Positions 10,593-18,429 of a stretch of DNA of 64,000 bases are shown piece after piece (the stretch's first letter is position 1; each line of letters opens with the position of its first letter). The position numbers and the translations under genes are program-made. This DNA comes from Oscillospiraceae bacterium. GTDB taxonomy: Bacteria > Bacillota > Clostridia > Oscillospirales > Oscillospiraceae. The DNA is taken from NCBI GenBank assembly GCA_902774015.1, contig CACYHB010000004.1, forward strand, positions 20,299-84,298, given 5' to 3'. Below the pieces are notes generated by a model. It made no database searches. It was given only the letters and a program-made list of their open reading frames with translations, and was not told where the DNA came from.

Positions 10593-11402
10593 TCAATGGC
10601 AGTTGAAGTAATAGATCGCCGCGGTGTCGGCCAGCACAGCGTCGCACTTGCCGGTGAAGAGATAGTTGAAGCACTCGGTGGTGCCGCTGGCAAGACGGGT
10701 GGTCTGCCCCATGCGCTTTGCCAAGCCCGGGTCGCTGTTCAGGGCGTCCATGGCCTCGGCGGTGGAGCACATGGCAAGACTCTTCCCTGCCAGCATCAGC
10801 TTGTTGTAGATAAAGCTGCCGCCGCGCACGGCGATGACGATGTCATTGTGCATATAGGGTCCGTATTCGCTGTATAATCCGTCCTCGACTTCCTTGTCGT
10901 TCAGGGCGATGCCGCCCCAGGCACAGTCGATGTTGCCGGAGGAGAGCTCGATATAGACGTCTTCCTTCTCAATGGTCTGGATCTTCAAATTCCAGCCCAG
11001 CAGATCCGCCACCGCCATGGCAAGCTCCACGTCGAAGCCCCAGAACTCCCCGTTGGACAGGTAGGCCATGGGGAAGGAGTTGACGTCCACACCGATGATC
11101 AGATCCCGGCGCGCGGGCTCCTCCTTGAGCTTTTCCAGGGCCTGGGCGTCCCGCTCAAAGCGGACGATGCGGCTGCCGAACCACTTGGTCGCCAGCTCGT
11201 CCACCCGCCCCTGGGCGTTGAGCACCTTGATGGCCGCGTCCACGTAGTCCCGGGTGGGGTCCCCGTTGCGGAAGGCCAGGGAATAATCCTGCTCCACCAG
11301 AGTGGCCACCGTACTCACGCCGGAGCGGCCTCCGCGGGAGCCGCAGGCCGTACAGCCCAACAGCAGTACCATGGCCAGCAGCATGCAAATGCTTTTCTTC
11401 AT
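10593..11402 (-). CDS. amino-acid-type ABC transporter substrate-binding lipoprotein (family 3)
   Basis: Lipobox MKKSICMLLAMVLLLGCTACGS. PBPb-like body (LIIGVDVNSFPMAY..., SSGNIDCAWGGI). Confidence 0.8.
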   Translation of the reverse strand: MKKSICMLLAMVLLLGCTACGSRGGRSGVSTVATLVEQDYSLAFRNGDPTRDYVDAAIKVLNAQGRVDELATKWFGSRIVRFERDAQALEKLKEEPARRDLIIGVDVNSFPMAYLSNGEFWGFDVELAMAVADLLGWNLKIQTIEKEDVYIELSSGNIDCAWGGIALNDKEVEDGLYSEYGPYMHNDIVIAVRGGSFIYNKLMLAGKSLAMCSTAEAMDALNSDPGLAKRMGQTTRLASGTTECFNYLFTGKCDAVLADTAAIYYFNCH

Positions 11403-11423
11403 GTCTGGATCACCTGTAATTGT

Positions 11424-12638
11424 TCAGCGCTTTCTCCGTGTGCGGGCGGCGCGCGCATAGCTTCTCTCCCGCCGGTCGGCGGCGTATTCCACCAGGAAAG
11501 CGGCCAGCAGCAGCACGATCACAACGCCGAAGCCGATCATCACGCCGCGGTTCGCGCCGTGGGGGACGACCGGCTGCGCCGCGGTGCTCTCCGCCGCAGC
11601 GGGAAGGGTCTGGGCCGCGGCCGGGCTGCGCTCCTCGGAAACGGCCGCGTCCGCCGGCTCGCTCACGCTTTCCGCAGCCTGTTCCCCGGCGGCGGCCCGG
11701 GCGGCCTCCTCGGCCGCGAGGCGCTGCGCTTCCTCTTCGGCAAGTCTCCTGGCTTCCTCTTCGGCGGCCGCGCGCTGCGCTTCCTCATAGGCGGGCAGCG
11801 CCGCGTCCAGAGATCTGGCGTAGTCCTCGAAAGCGCCGCAGAACTGGGCGATCACCGTGTCCGCCGCGCCCATGTTCTTGGTCATGATCGTGAGGATAAA
11901 GGGGTTGTCCGTGTAGATCACCCCGGTGTCATGTGTGAACTGCCGTCCCATGGAGTCCTTGAAGTTTCCGTATTTCTGGGCGACGGGCACGTCCGTGATG
12001 CCGGCCTTGAAGTACTGCCCCGGCTGGGCCATGAGCAGGTTTTCCAGCACGTTCGGGAAACGCTCGTGTTCGAAGTACAGAGTCTGCATCACCTGGGTCA
12101 TGAAACGGGCGGTGAAGTAGCTGTAGTCGTAGAAATCCTGCACATAGTAGTCCTTGGGGAGCTGTGCATAATTCTGATACAGCGTGCGGCACTCGGCGTC
12201 GGTGCCGATGTAGTGCATCATCGCGTGGGCATAGTCGTTGTGGGAGTAGATCAGGATGAGCTCGTTGGCCTGCGCCAGCGTCAGCCCGGAGATTTTGGTC
12301 TCGTCGGTGATTTCACCGGCTTTGTAGCGCTCGGCCAGGATCATCATCACCGGCACCTTGTACATGCTGGCGCTGTAATACCAGGCGTCCGGGTTCCAGT
12401 ACCAGGTGTCGCCTGTGGCGGTGTAGCAGAAGCCGACGCTCATATCTTCCTTCTTCAGATTTTTGGCCGCGCAGTAGTCGTCCACGATCTGCTGCAGCGC
12501 CTCGGGGTCCAGGATACCGTAGTCCTCCTCTTCCGCCGCAGCCAAAGCCGTCTCTCCCTCGGCGAATGCGGCCGTGCCGCCCAGGAGCGCCAGGCACAGC
12601 AGCAGCGCCAGGAGTTTTTTTACCAATGCCGGAATCAT
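11424..12638 (-). CDS. class A beta-lactamase-related serine hydrolase with a C-terminal membrane anchor
   Basis: Signal peptide MIPALVKKLLALLLCLALLGG. SxxK motif SMYK in ASMYKVPVMMILAERY. Ala/Glu-rich coiled coil (AEEEARRLAEEEAQRLAAEEAARAAAG) followed by the TM helix VMIGFGVVIVLLLAAFLV. The ATG at 12638 overlaps the upstream stop codon (ATGA). Confidence 0.7.
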   Translation of the reverse strand: MIPALVKKLLALLLCLALLGGTAAFAEGETALAAAEEEDYGILDPEALQQIVDDYCAAKNLKKEDMSVGFCYTATGDTWYWNPDAWYYSASMYKVPVMMILAERYKAGEITDETKISGLTLAQANELILIYSHNDYAHAMMHYIGTDAECRTLYQNYAQLPKDYYVQDFYDYSYFTARFMTQVMQTLYFEHERFPNVLENLLMAQPGQYFKAGITDVPVAQKYGNFKDSMGRQFTHDTGVIYTDNPFILTIMTKNMGAADTVIAQFCGAFEDYARSLDAALPAYEEAQRAAAEEEARRLAEEEAQRLAAEEAARAAAGEQAAESVSEPADAAVSEERSPAAAQTLPAAAESTAAQPVVPHGANRGVMIGFGVVIVLLLAAFLVEYAADRRERSYARAARTRRKR

Positions 12639-13927
12639 AGCTCGATCCCCTCCGCCGTATGGCAAAAACCGCTCTCGTAATACGCCCGGGCAGCCCGGAT
12701 CAGATAGTCGGTGTCCTGCGCGCCCGCCGTCTCATAGCAGGAGTGCATGGCGAGCTGGGCAAGGCCGATGTCGATGGAGTCCACCGAGACGTGGGCGGTG
12801 CTGATGTTGCCGAGGGTGGTGCCGCCGCGCAGATCGGCGCGGTTGGAGTAGTGCTGCACCGGCACGCCCGCCCTGCGGCAGATCTCCGCGAAGACCGCCT
12901 CGGTCACGGCGTCGGTGGTATATTTCTGATTGGCATGGTGCTTGATGACGATACCGCCGTTCATCACCGGCCGGTCCTGGCTGTCGGCATACTCCGGGTG
13001 ATTGGGATGCACGGCGTGGGCGTTGTCGGCAGAGGCCATAAAGCTCGCCGCGATGCTGCGGTAGAGATCCCGGCCCAGCGCCTCGCAGACGCGCCAGAGC
13101 GTGTCCACCAGAAAGTCGGAGTTTGCGCCCTGCTTGGTGGTGCTGCCCACCTCTTCGTTGTCAAAGACGCACAGCAGCGGGGCGTTCTTTCCGGCCTTTG
13201 CCGAAAGAAAGCCCTCAAAGCAGCCGAACACGCATTGCAGATCGTCCAGCCGGGGCGCCGCGATGTATTCCTCGTCCGCGCCGAAGCAGACGCCCGGCGT
13301 GCGGGGGTAGAGGTACAGATCCGCAGCCACCAGATCCTCTTCCGTCACGCCCGCAGCCTCCGCGGCAAGCTGCTGCATGCGGCCCGCGGCCTTCTCGCTG
13401 CCGAAAAGCGGGAGCATGTCGGTCTTGATGTCGTATTTCTTGCCGTCGTTGGCCGTGCGGTCCATGTGGATGGCCAGGTTGGGGATCACCATCAGGTCCC
13501 GGTCGATCTTCACGAGCTTCGTGACGAGCTTCCCATTCTCCCGCACGGTGACGCGGCCCGCGGCGGACAGAGGTCTGTCCAGCCAGGGGGCGCAGAGCAT
13601 GGAGCCGTAGCGCTCCACGCTCAGCCGGGTATAGAGCCCGGCGGCCGGAGCGTCCGGCTTGCCGCGCAGCTTGAAAGCAGGCGAGTCGGTGTGGGCGGCC
13701 ATCATCAGGAAGCCGGGGAAAGCCCCCTCCGGGATCCGGAAGGCGATGAGGCTCGAGCCGTTTCGGCGGACAAAATACTTTCCGCCCGGCGCGACGGGCC
13801 AGTCCTCGGTCTCGTTCAGCTCAGCATAGCCCTCCGCCAGCAGGCGGGAGGCCAGATCGGCACAGGCGTGCCAGGCGGTGGGGCATGCGTCGATAAAACG
13901 CAGCAGATTACGGTTGGTTTCGGTCAT
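12635..13927 (-). CDS. M18 family aminopeptidase
   Basis: MTETNRNLLRFIDACPTAWHA...MMAAHTDSPAFKLR...NEEVGS...HSCYE. Start set at 13927 (ORF extends to 13990). Confidence 0.85.
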   Translation of the reverse strand: MTETNRNLLRFIDACPTAWHACADLASRLLAEGYAELNETEDWPVAPGGKYFVRRNGSSLIAFRIPEGAFPGFLMMAAHTDSPAFKLRGKPDAPAAGLYTRLSVERYGSMLCAPWLDRPLSAAGRVTVRENGKLVTKLVKIDRDLMVIPNLAIHMDRTANDGKKYDIKTDMLPLFGSEKAAGRMQQLAAEAAGVTEEDLVAADLYLYPRTPGVCFGADEEYIAAPRLDDLQCVFGCFEGFLSAKAGKNAPLLCVFDNEEVGSTTKQGANSDFLVDTLWRVCEALGRDLYRSIAASFMASADNAHAVHPNHPEYADSQDRPVMNGGIVIKHHANQKYTTDAVTEAVFAEICRRAGVPVQHYSNRADLRGGTTLGNISTAHVSVDSIDIGLAQLAMHSCYETAGAQDTDYLIRAARAYYESGFCHTAEGIEL

Positions 13928-13982
13928 TCTTTCTCCCGTGCCGCAGGAAGGGCGAAGTCCAAGGACTCCGCCCCGCGGCGTT

Positions 13983-14870
13983 TTAATCAAAATTCACAAA
14001 AGCCCATTTCGAGCGGTCGATTTCATCGGGCAGCTTCAGCAGGCTGTCGCCCGCCACGGTGTATTCGGTGAAACGATCTTTCCCGCTGCTGTGGGGATCG
14101 TCCTCCAGACGCCGTGTGAACACCAGCTCGCTCCCCTGCAGCTCATAGCAGTCGTACTGGATGGGATTTGCGCCGTGGCGGTACCAGATCAGCCCGCTCG
14201 CAGCGTCGCAGCCGCTGCCCCAGGCCAGTTCTTCCCGGCCCGCGATCCTGAGCTGGACATATTCGCCGCTCTTCTCTTCGAGCGCGAAAGCCAGCAGCGC
14301 CTGCTCGTTTTCGTCGGTGCGCAGCAGGATCAGCAGTTCCTCGTTGCCGTCGCCGTCCAGATCTGCGGTGCTGAGTTCCTGCTTCAGGTTTTCCGCGCTG
14401 AAGCTCAGCTCCGTCGGCTCCTGATGCGCGCTGCCGTCGCTGTTGAGAAACTGTACGCGGATCTTTCCCTGATTGCTGTAGACGTGGCCCAGAGAGACGT
14501 TATCGCTCTCCTCGCCGCCCGCGGCGGCGCCGAACAGCTCATACTTAAAGCCCAGGCTTCCGCTTCTCGTGCGGAGCGTGCCCTTCTGATAGAAGTCCGC
14601 CTCCTCCGCCGCCTGCGGCTCGGCCGCAGGAAGCTCCGGCGTCTCCTCGCTCACGGGCACTCCCGTCGGCGCCGGCTCCTCCGTGACCTCCGGCGTCGGA
14701 GCCGGCTCCTCGGTGGGTTCCGGTGTCTCGATGACGACGGGCTTCTCCGTCCTGCCGCCGATCAGCGGCAGGCCCTGAAAGCCGCGCAGGGCATAGAGCG
14801 CAAAGATCACCGCGCCAAGTACGATCAGCGCCATGAGAAACAGCAGGATGCGTCTTGTTCTTCCGGTCAT
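13983..14870 (-). CDS. hypothetical single-pass membrane protein with a Pro/Glu/Thr linker and an FG-GAP-like DxDxDG motif
   Basis: TM helix ILLFLMALIVLGAVIFALYAL. Repeated linker TEEPAPTPEVTEEPAPT. Motif DLDGDGNEELLILL. Starts 3 nt after the upstream stop, with GGGGGA as ribosome-binding site. Confidence 0.6.
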   Translation of the reverse strand: MTGRTRRILLFLMALIVLGAVIFALYALRGFQGLPLIGGRTEKPVVIETPEPTEEPAPTPEVTEEPAPTGVPVSEETPELPAAEPQAAEEADFYQKGTLRTRSGSLGFKYELFGAAAGGEESDNVSLGHVYSNQGKIRVQFLNSDGSAHQEPTELSFSAENLKQELSTADLDGDGNEELLILLRTDENEQALLAFALEEKSGEYVQLRIAGREELAWGSGCDAASGLIWYRHGANPIQYDCYELQGSELVFTRRLEDDPHSSGKDRFTEYTVAGDSLLKLPDEIDRSKWAFVNFD

Positions 14871-14873
14871 TTT

Positions 14874-16520
14874 TCATTCCCCCACGCCGTATTCCACCAC
14901 GTAGCCGATGGAGCCGGAGTAGTACTCCGGGAAGTCCGCGGCCGGGTTTTCACGGCAGTCGATATAGCTCCAGCCGTTGCGGTTCCAGAGCATGATGAAG
15001 TCCTCGGCGGCACCGTCGTAGGCGTCGATTTCGGAGGGTTCGTTCTCGTCCCAGGGATAATAGCTCACATATTCGTCGGTCTCCCAGGTGTACTGGCCGT
15101 TGAAGCGGTAGCAGCCGATCCAGGCTCTGGCGAGGCCGGCTTTGCCGATGGCCTCGGCCACCTTTTCCAGTTCTCTGGGGCTCGTGATCACCGCCAGGTG
15201 ACCGCCGGCGCTCTCGGCCTTGGCTCTGGCGTCGATCCAGCCCGCGTCGTCCACGAACACCTCATAACGCACCTCACCGCCGATCAGGGGGTCGGGCAGG
15301 GGCGTGACGATGCTGCCGGTGCCGTTTTCACCGAGCTGCGGCGCGTTATCGCCCGGGGTAGGCGTGCTCACGCTCATGGTGCCGATGCTGGTATCCGGGC
15401 GGCTGCTCAGGTCCCGCAGAAACAGGCCCGCTACCGCGGCCACGCCCAGCAGCAGCACGCACAGCAGGGCCGCCACCAGAACGGGGCGCATGCGGCGCTT
15501 CTGCACCTCTTCGCCGATCTGGCGGCTGCGCTCCGGATCGTCCGAGTACTTCACCGCCGCGTGGCGGGGCTGATAGCGCGGCACCACAGGCGCCAGTTCC
15601 GGGTTTTTCTCTTCTGTCAAAATGGGGATGGGCTGGCGTTTTTCGCGTCCCGGCTCGTAGACGCGCACGTCGTCGACCTCCGGATCGGGAGCGGGCGCCG
15701 GTCTCACAGGCGCCGCCGTTTCGTCCTCGTCTTCCAGGCCTCTGCCGAAAAACTCCGCTACCAGATCCTCCGCGGATTCGGCGAGAATATCTTTTTCCGG
15801 CTTTTCCGGGGCGTGCTGCGCCAGGATCTCCTCCATGGCCTCCTCGGCCGGGAGCTGGCGCACCGCTTCTTCCGTCTCCGCGGCGTTCTCCTCCGCAGGG
15901 GCCTCCCCGGCCTCGCCGCTGATGATCGCCATCATCATTTTTTCGATCTCGCTCAGTTCGCCGTCGTCCTTGCGGAAAATACCGCGGGCGCCCTCATCCA
16001 GATATTTGTTGCCGAGGCAGCTTTCCAGCACCACGGCCAGCTCGTCCGCGCTCTGATAGCGTTCCTCCTCCCGGAAAGCCACCGCTTTCTCCAGGATCTC
16101 CGCGAGGCGTACGCCGCAGCCCTTCGGCGCCGTGATTTTCTTCCCGCTCATGCGGGTGAGCTGCGCGTTGCTGCTCTCCCCCTCAAAGGGGAGCTTCCCG
16201 CCGCTCAGGCCGTAGTACAGGAGCAGACCGAGGGAGTATACGTCCGCCGCCTGGCTGCGCTTGCCGTTCCAGTAGAGCTCCGGCGCGATGAACTCCAGCT
16301 CCTGGCCTTCCCAGCTGCCCTCGTGACCGTCGCCGATCACGAGCTCGCCCGCCGCGTCCCGGCGCAGGTTTTCCGGATACACGCCGCCGCGGTACTCGCC
16401 GCCCGCCTCGCTGCGGATCACACGGCACAGCTCGATCACCAGCTCGCAGATCTCCTGCCGGCTCATGCCGCCGATATCTTCGCCCAGGTTTTTCCCGGGT
16501 TCAAATTCCCCTTTTGCCAC
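14874..16520 (-). CDS. degenerate Ser/Thr kinase C-lobe (pseudokinase), TM helix, extracellular C-type-lectin-like domain
   Basis: GTG start with AGGAGG 8 nt upstream. The catalytic loop is degenerate (GGVYPENL in place of HRDxKPEN) and VIGDG replaces DFG. APE (FIAPELYW) and DVYSLGLLLYYGLSGGKLPF are retained. There is no Gly-loop or VAIK N-lobe. TM helix PVLVAALLCVLLLGVAAVAGLF. The C-terminus WIDARAKAESAGGHLAVITSPRELEKV...WIGCYR...MLWNRNGWSYIDC resembles a CTLD. Confidence 0.7.
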   Translation of the reverse strand: MAKGEFEPGKNLGEDIGGMSRQEICELVIELCRVIRSEAGGEYRGGVYPENLRRDAAGELVIGDGHEGSWEGQELEFIAPELYWNGKRSQAADVYSLGLLLYYGLSGGKLPFEGESSNAQLTRMSGKKITAPKGCGVRLAEILEKAVAFREEERYQSADELAVVLESCLGNKYLDEGARGIFRKDDGELSEIEKMMMAIISGEAGEAPAEENAAETEEAVRQLPAEEAMEEILAQHAPEKPEKDILAESAEDLVAEFFGRGLEDEDETAAPVRPAPAPDPEVDDVRVYEPGREKRQPIPILTEEKNPELAPVVPRYQPRHAAVKYSDDPERSRQIGEEVQKRRMRPVLVAALLCVLLLGVAAVAGLFLRDLSSRPDTSIGTMSVSTPTPGDNAPQLGENGTGSIVTPLPDPLIGGEVRYEVFVDDAGWIDARAKAESAGGHLAVITSPRELEKVAEAIGKAGLARAWIGCYRFNGQYTWETDEYVSYYPWDENEPSEIDAYDGAAEDFIMLWNRNGWSYIDCRENPAADFPEYYSGSIGYVVEYGVGE

Positions 16521-16576
16521 AGGAACTTCCTCCTACAGATAGATGCCTTGCCTTTCGGCGCATACGCTTACAGGTT

Positions 16577-16606
16577 ATGTTAACATAAAGCGACCGCTTT
16601 CGTCAA
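16577..16606 (-). promoter_or_regulatory. sigma-A type promoter with extended -10, for the pseudokinase-led cluster
   Basis: Reverse strand reads TTGACG (16606-16601), an 18-nt spacer ending in TGT, then TAACAT (16582-16577), about 55 nt upstream of the GTG. Confidence 0.45.
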
Positions 16607-16661
16607 TGGAAATCTCGCGCAGCGCCCGCAGCTTTTCGCTGTTTTCTCCGAATCAGCCGCA

Positions 16662-18272
16662 CTATTTCTCCATCTTCTCCGCCAGCTTTTCGATGGCGTC
16701 GGCATAGCGGGCCAGCTCCTTGTTGGCCCGGCCCTCGATGCTCTTCGCCACGCGCACGAGCTTTTCGCAGGCTGCCAGCAGCCGCAGATACACGGGGCTG
16801 GTTTTGCGCTGTTTGCCGCCCTCGCCTTTCTTTTCCACGGGTTTGCCTTCCGTGATGCGCACGAACTGCCCCAGCCGCAGATCGAAGCAGGTGCCGCTGT
16901 AGGGGGCGAAGGCCTTATAACCCAGCTCGTCGTTGAGGCAGGCGGTAAAGCTGTCGGCCGTTTCAGGGTCTCCGTGGTTCACAAAGATGAGCTTCGGCTT
17001 CTCCCGGAAGCCGCCCAGCCAGTGCAGAAGGCCGTTCTTGTCGGCGTGACCGCTGATGCCGGGGAGCTGATCGATCTGGGCGTTGACCTCGATGTCCTCG
17101 TTGAAGAGCTTGACGTGTTTCGCCCCGTCCACCAGCACCCGGCCCAGGGTACCCGCTGCCTGAAAACCGACGAAGAGCACCATGCTCTCCTTGCGCCAGA
17201 GGTTGTGCTTGAGATGGTGGCGCACCCGGCCCGCGTCGCACATACCGGAGGCCGAGAGGATGACCTTGGGCTCCTTGTTCTCGTTGATGGCGCGGGATTC
17301 CTCCTGGCTCACGCTCAGCTGCAGCCCCGGGAACACCAGGGGGTTGATGCCGGAGCGGATCAGCCGGCGCATCTCGTTGTCCACATACTGGGTGTCGCAC
17401 TGGAGGAAGACCGAGGTGGCCTCGACCGCCAGCGGGCTGTCCACGTAGACGGGGAATTCCCCGTGCCCGGTGACGAGAGCGCGCTCCTTGATCTCCCGGA
17501 GGAAGTAGAGCATCTCCTGGGTGCGGCCCACGGCGAAGCTGGGGATGATGACGTTGCCGCCCCGGTCCAGCACGGTCTGGATGCGTTTGGCAAGCTCCGT
17601 CACATAGTCCACCCGCTCCTCGCTGTGGAGCCTGTCGCCGTAGGTGGATTCCAGCACCAGATACTCCGTCTCCTCCACAAACTGCGGATCGCGCAGGATG
17701 GCCTGCGCGCTGTTGCCCACGTCGCCGGAGAAGGTGATCTTGTGGGTCTCCCCCTCCTCCCGCAGCCAGACCTCAATGGCCGCCGAGCCCAGCAGATGCC
17801 CCACGTCGGTCATCCGGATGCTCACGCAGTCGTTGACCTGGATCGGCACGCCGTAGCCGCAGGGGCGCAGCAGCCCGATGGCGCCCAGGGCGTCGTCCAG
17901 ATCATAGAGGGGCTCGACGTTCTCTCCGCCGGAGCGCTGATTCTTCCGGCTCTTCCACTCCGCCTCGGACACCTGGATGTTGGCGCAGTCACGCAGCATG
18001 ATGTCACTGAGGGAACAGGTGGCGGCGCTGGCGTAAATAGGGCCGCGAAAGCCCTGCTTGTACAGCAGCGGCAGCATGCCGGAGTGGTCCACATGGGCAT
18101 GGGTCAGCAGCACGAAGTCCAGGTCCTCCGCCGCTGCGGGGAGGGGTTCGTTGACGTAGATATCCTTCCCCTGTTCCATGCCGCAGTCCACAAGTCCTTT
18201 TTTGTCGCCCACCTCGATATAGGTGCAGCTTCCCGTGACCTCGTGGGCGGCGCCGAGAAATGTGATCCTCAT
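16662..18272 (-). CDS. MBL-fold beta-CASP ribonuclease (RNA-metabolising metallo-beta-lactamase)
   Basis: 536 aa. Contains MRITFLGAAHEVTGSC, THAHVDHSG and SGHAD. Confidence 0.85.
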   Translation of the reverse strand: MRITFLGAAHEVTGSCTYIEVGDKKGLVDCGMEQGKDIYVNEPLPAAAEDLDFVLLTHAHVDHSGMLPLLYKQGFRGPIYASAATCSLSDIMLRDCANIQVSEAEWKSRKNQRSGGENVEPLYDLDDALGAIGLLRPCGYGVPIQVNDCVSIRMTDVGHLLGSAAIEVWLREEGETHKITFSGDVGNSAQAILRDPQFVEETEYLVLESTYGDRLHSEERVDYVTELAKRIQTVLDRGGNVIIPSFAVGRTQEMLYFLREIKERALVTGHGEFPVYVDSPLAVEATSVFLQCDTQYVDNEMRRLIRSGINPLVFPGLQLSVSQEESRAINENKEPKVILSASGMCDAGRVRHHLKHNLWRKESMVLFVGFQAAGTLGRVLVDGAKHVKLFNEDIEVNAQIDQLPGISGHADKNGLLHWLGGFREKPKLIFVNHGDPETADSFTACLNDELGYKAFAPYSGTCFDLRLGQFVRITEGKPVEKKGEGGKQRKTSPVYLRLLAACEKLVRVAKSIEGRANKELARYADAIEKLAEKMEK

Positions 18273-18375
18273 GTCCGGTTTCTCCTTTCGCTAGGCTTTC
18301 CATTTTTCTGTTTCCATTTTACACCCTGCCGTCCCGCTTCGCAACGGCTCTTCAGAAAAGTTAAGACCTTCCACA

Positions 18376-18426
18376 CCAAAAAGAAAACGGATTGCCGAAC
18401 CCTTGTGCGCCGGTACGGCAATCCGT
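18376..18426 (-). terminator. rho-independent terminator after polC
   Basis: Reverse strand reads ACGGATTGCCG, an 18-nt loop, CGGCAATCCGT, then TTTCTTTTTGG. Confidence 0.7.
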
Positions 18427-18429
18427 CAC

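Noticed and set aside
14874-15300. Diversity-generating retroelement target (C-type-lectin fold at a protein C-terminus)
   Set aside because: No reverse transcriptase gene is present. I could see no template repeat matching the 3' end of the gene anywhere in the window. The domain resembles canonical Lectin_C rather than the FGE-type CLec fold used by DGR variable proteins.
13878-16583. 901-aa forward-strand ORF
   Set aside because: It is antisense to two well-supported reverse-strand genes. Its composition is Arg/Ala/Leu-rich and low in complexity, with no ribosome-binding site or recognisable domain. This is a typical stop-free shadow frame in GC-rich DNA.
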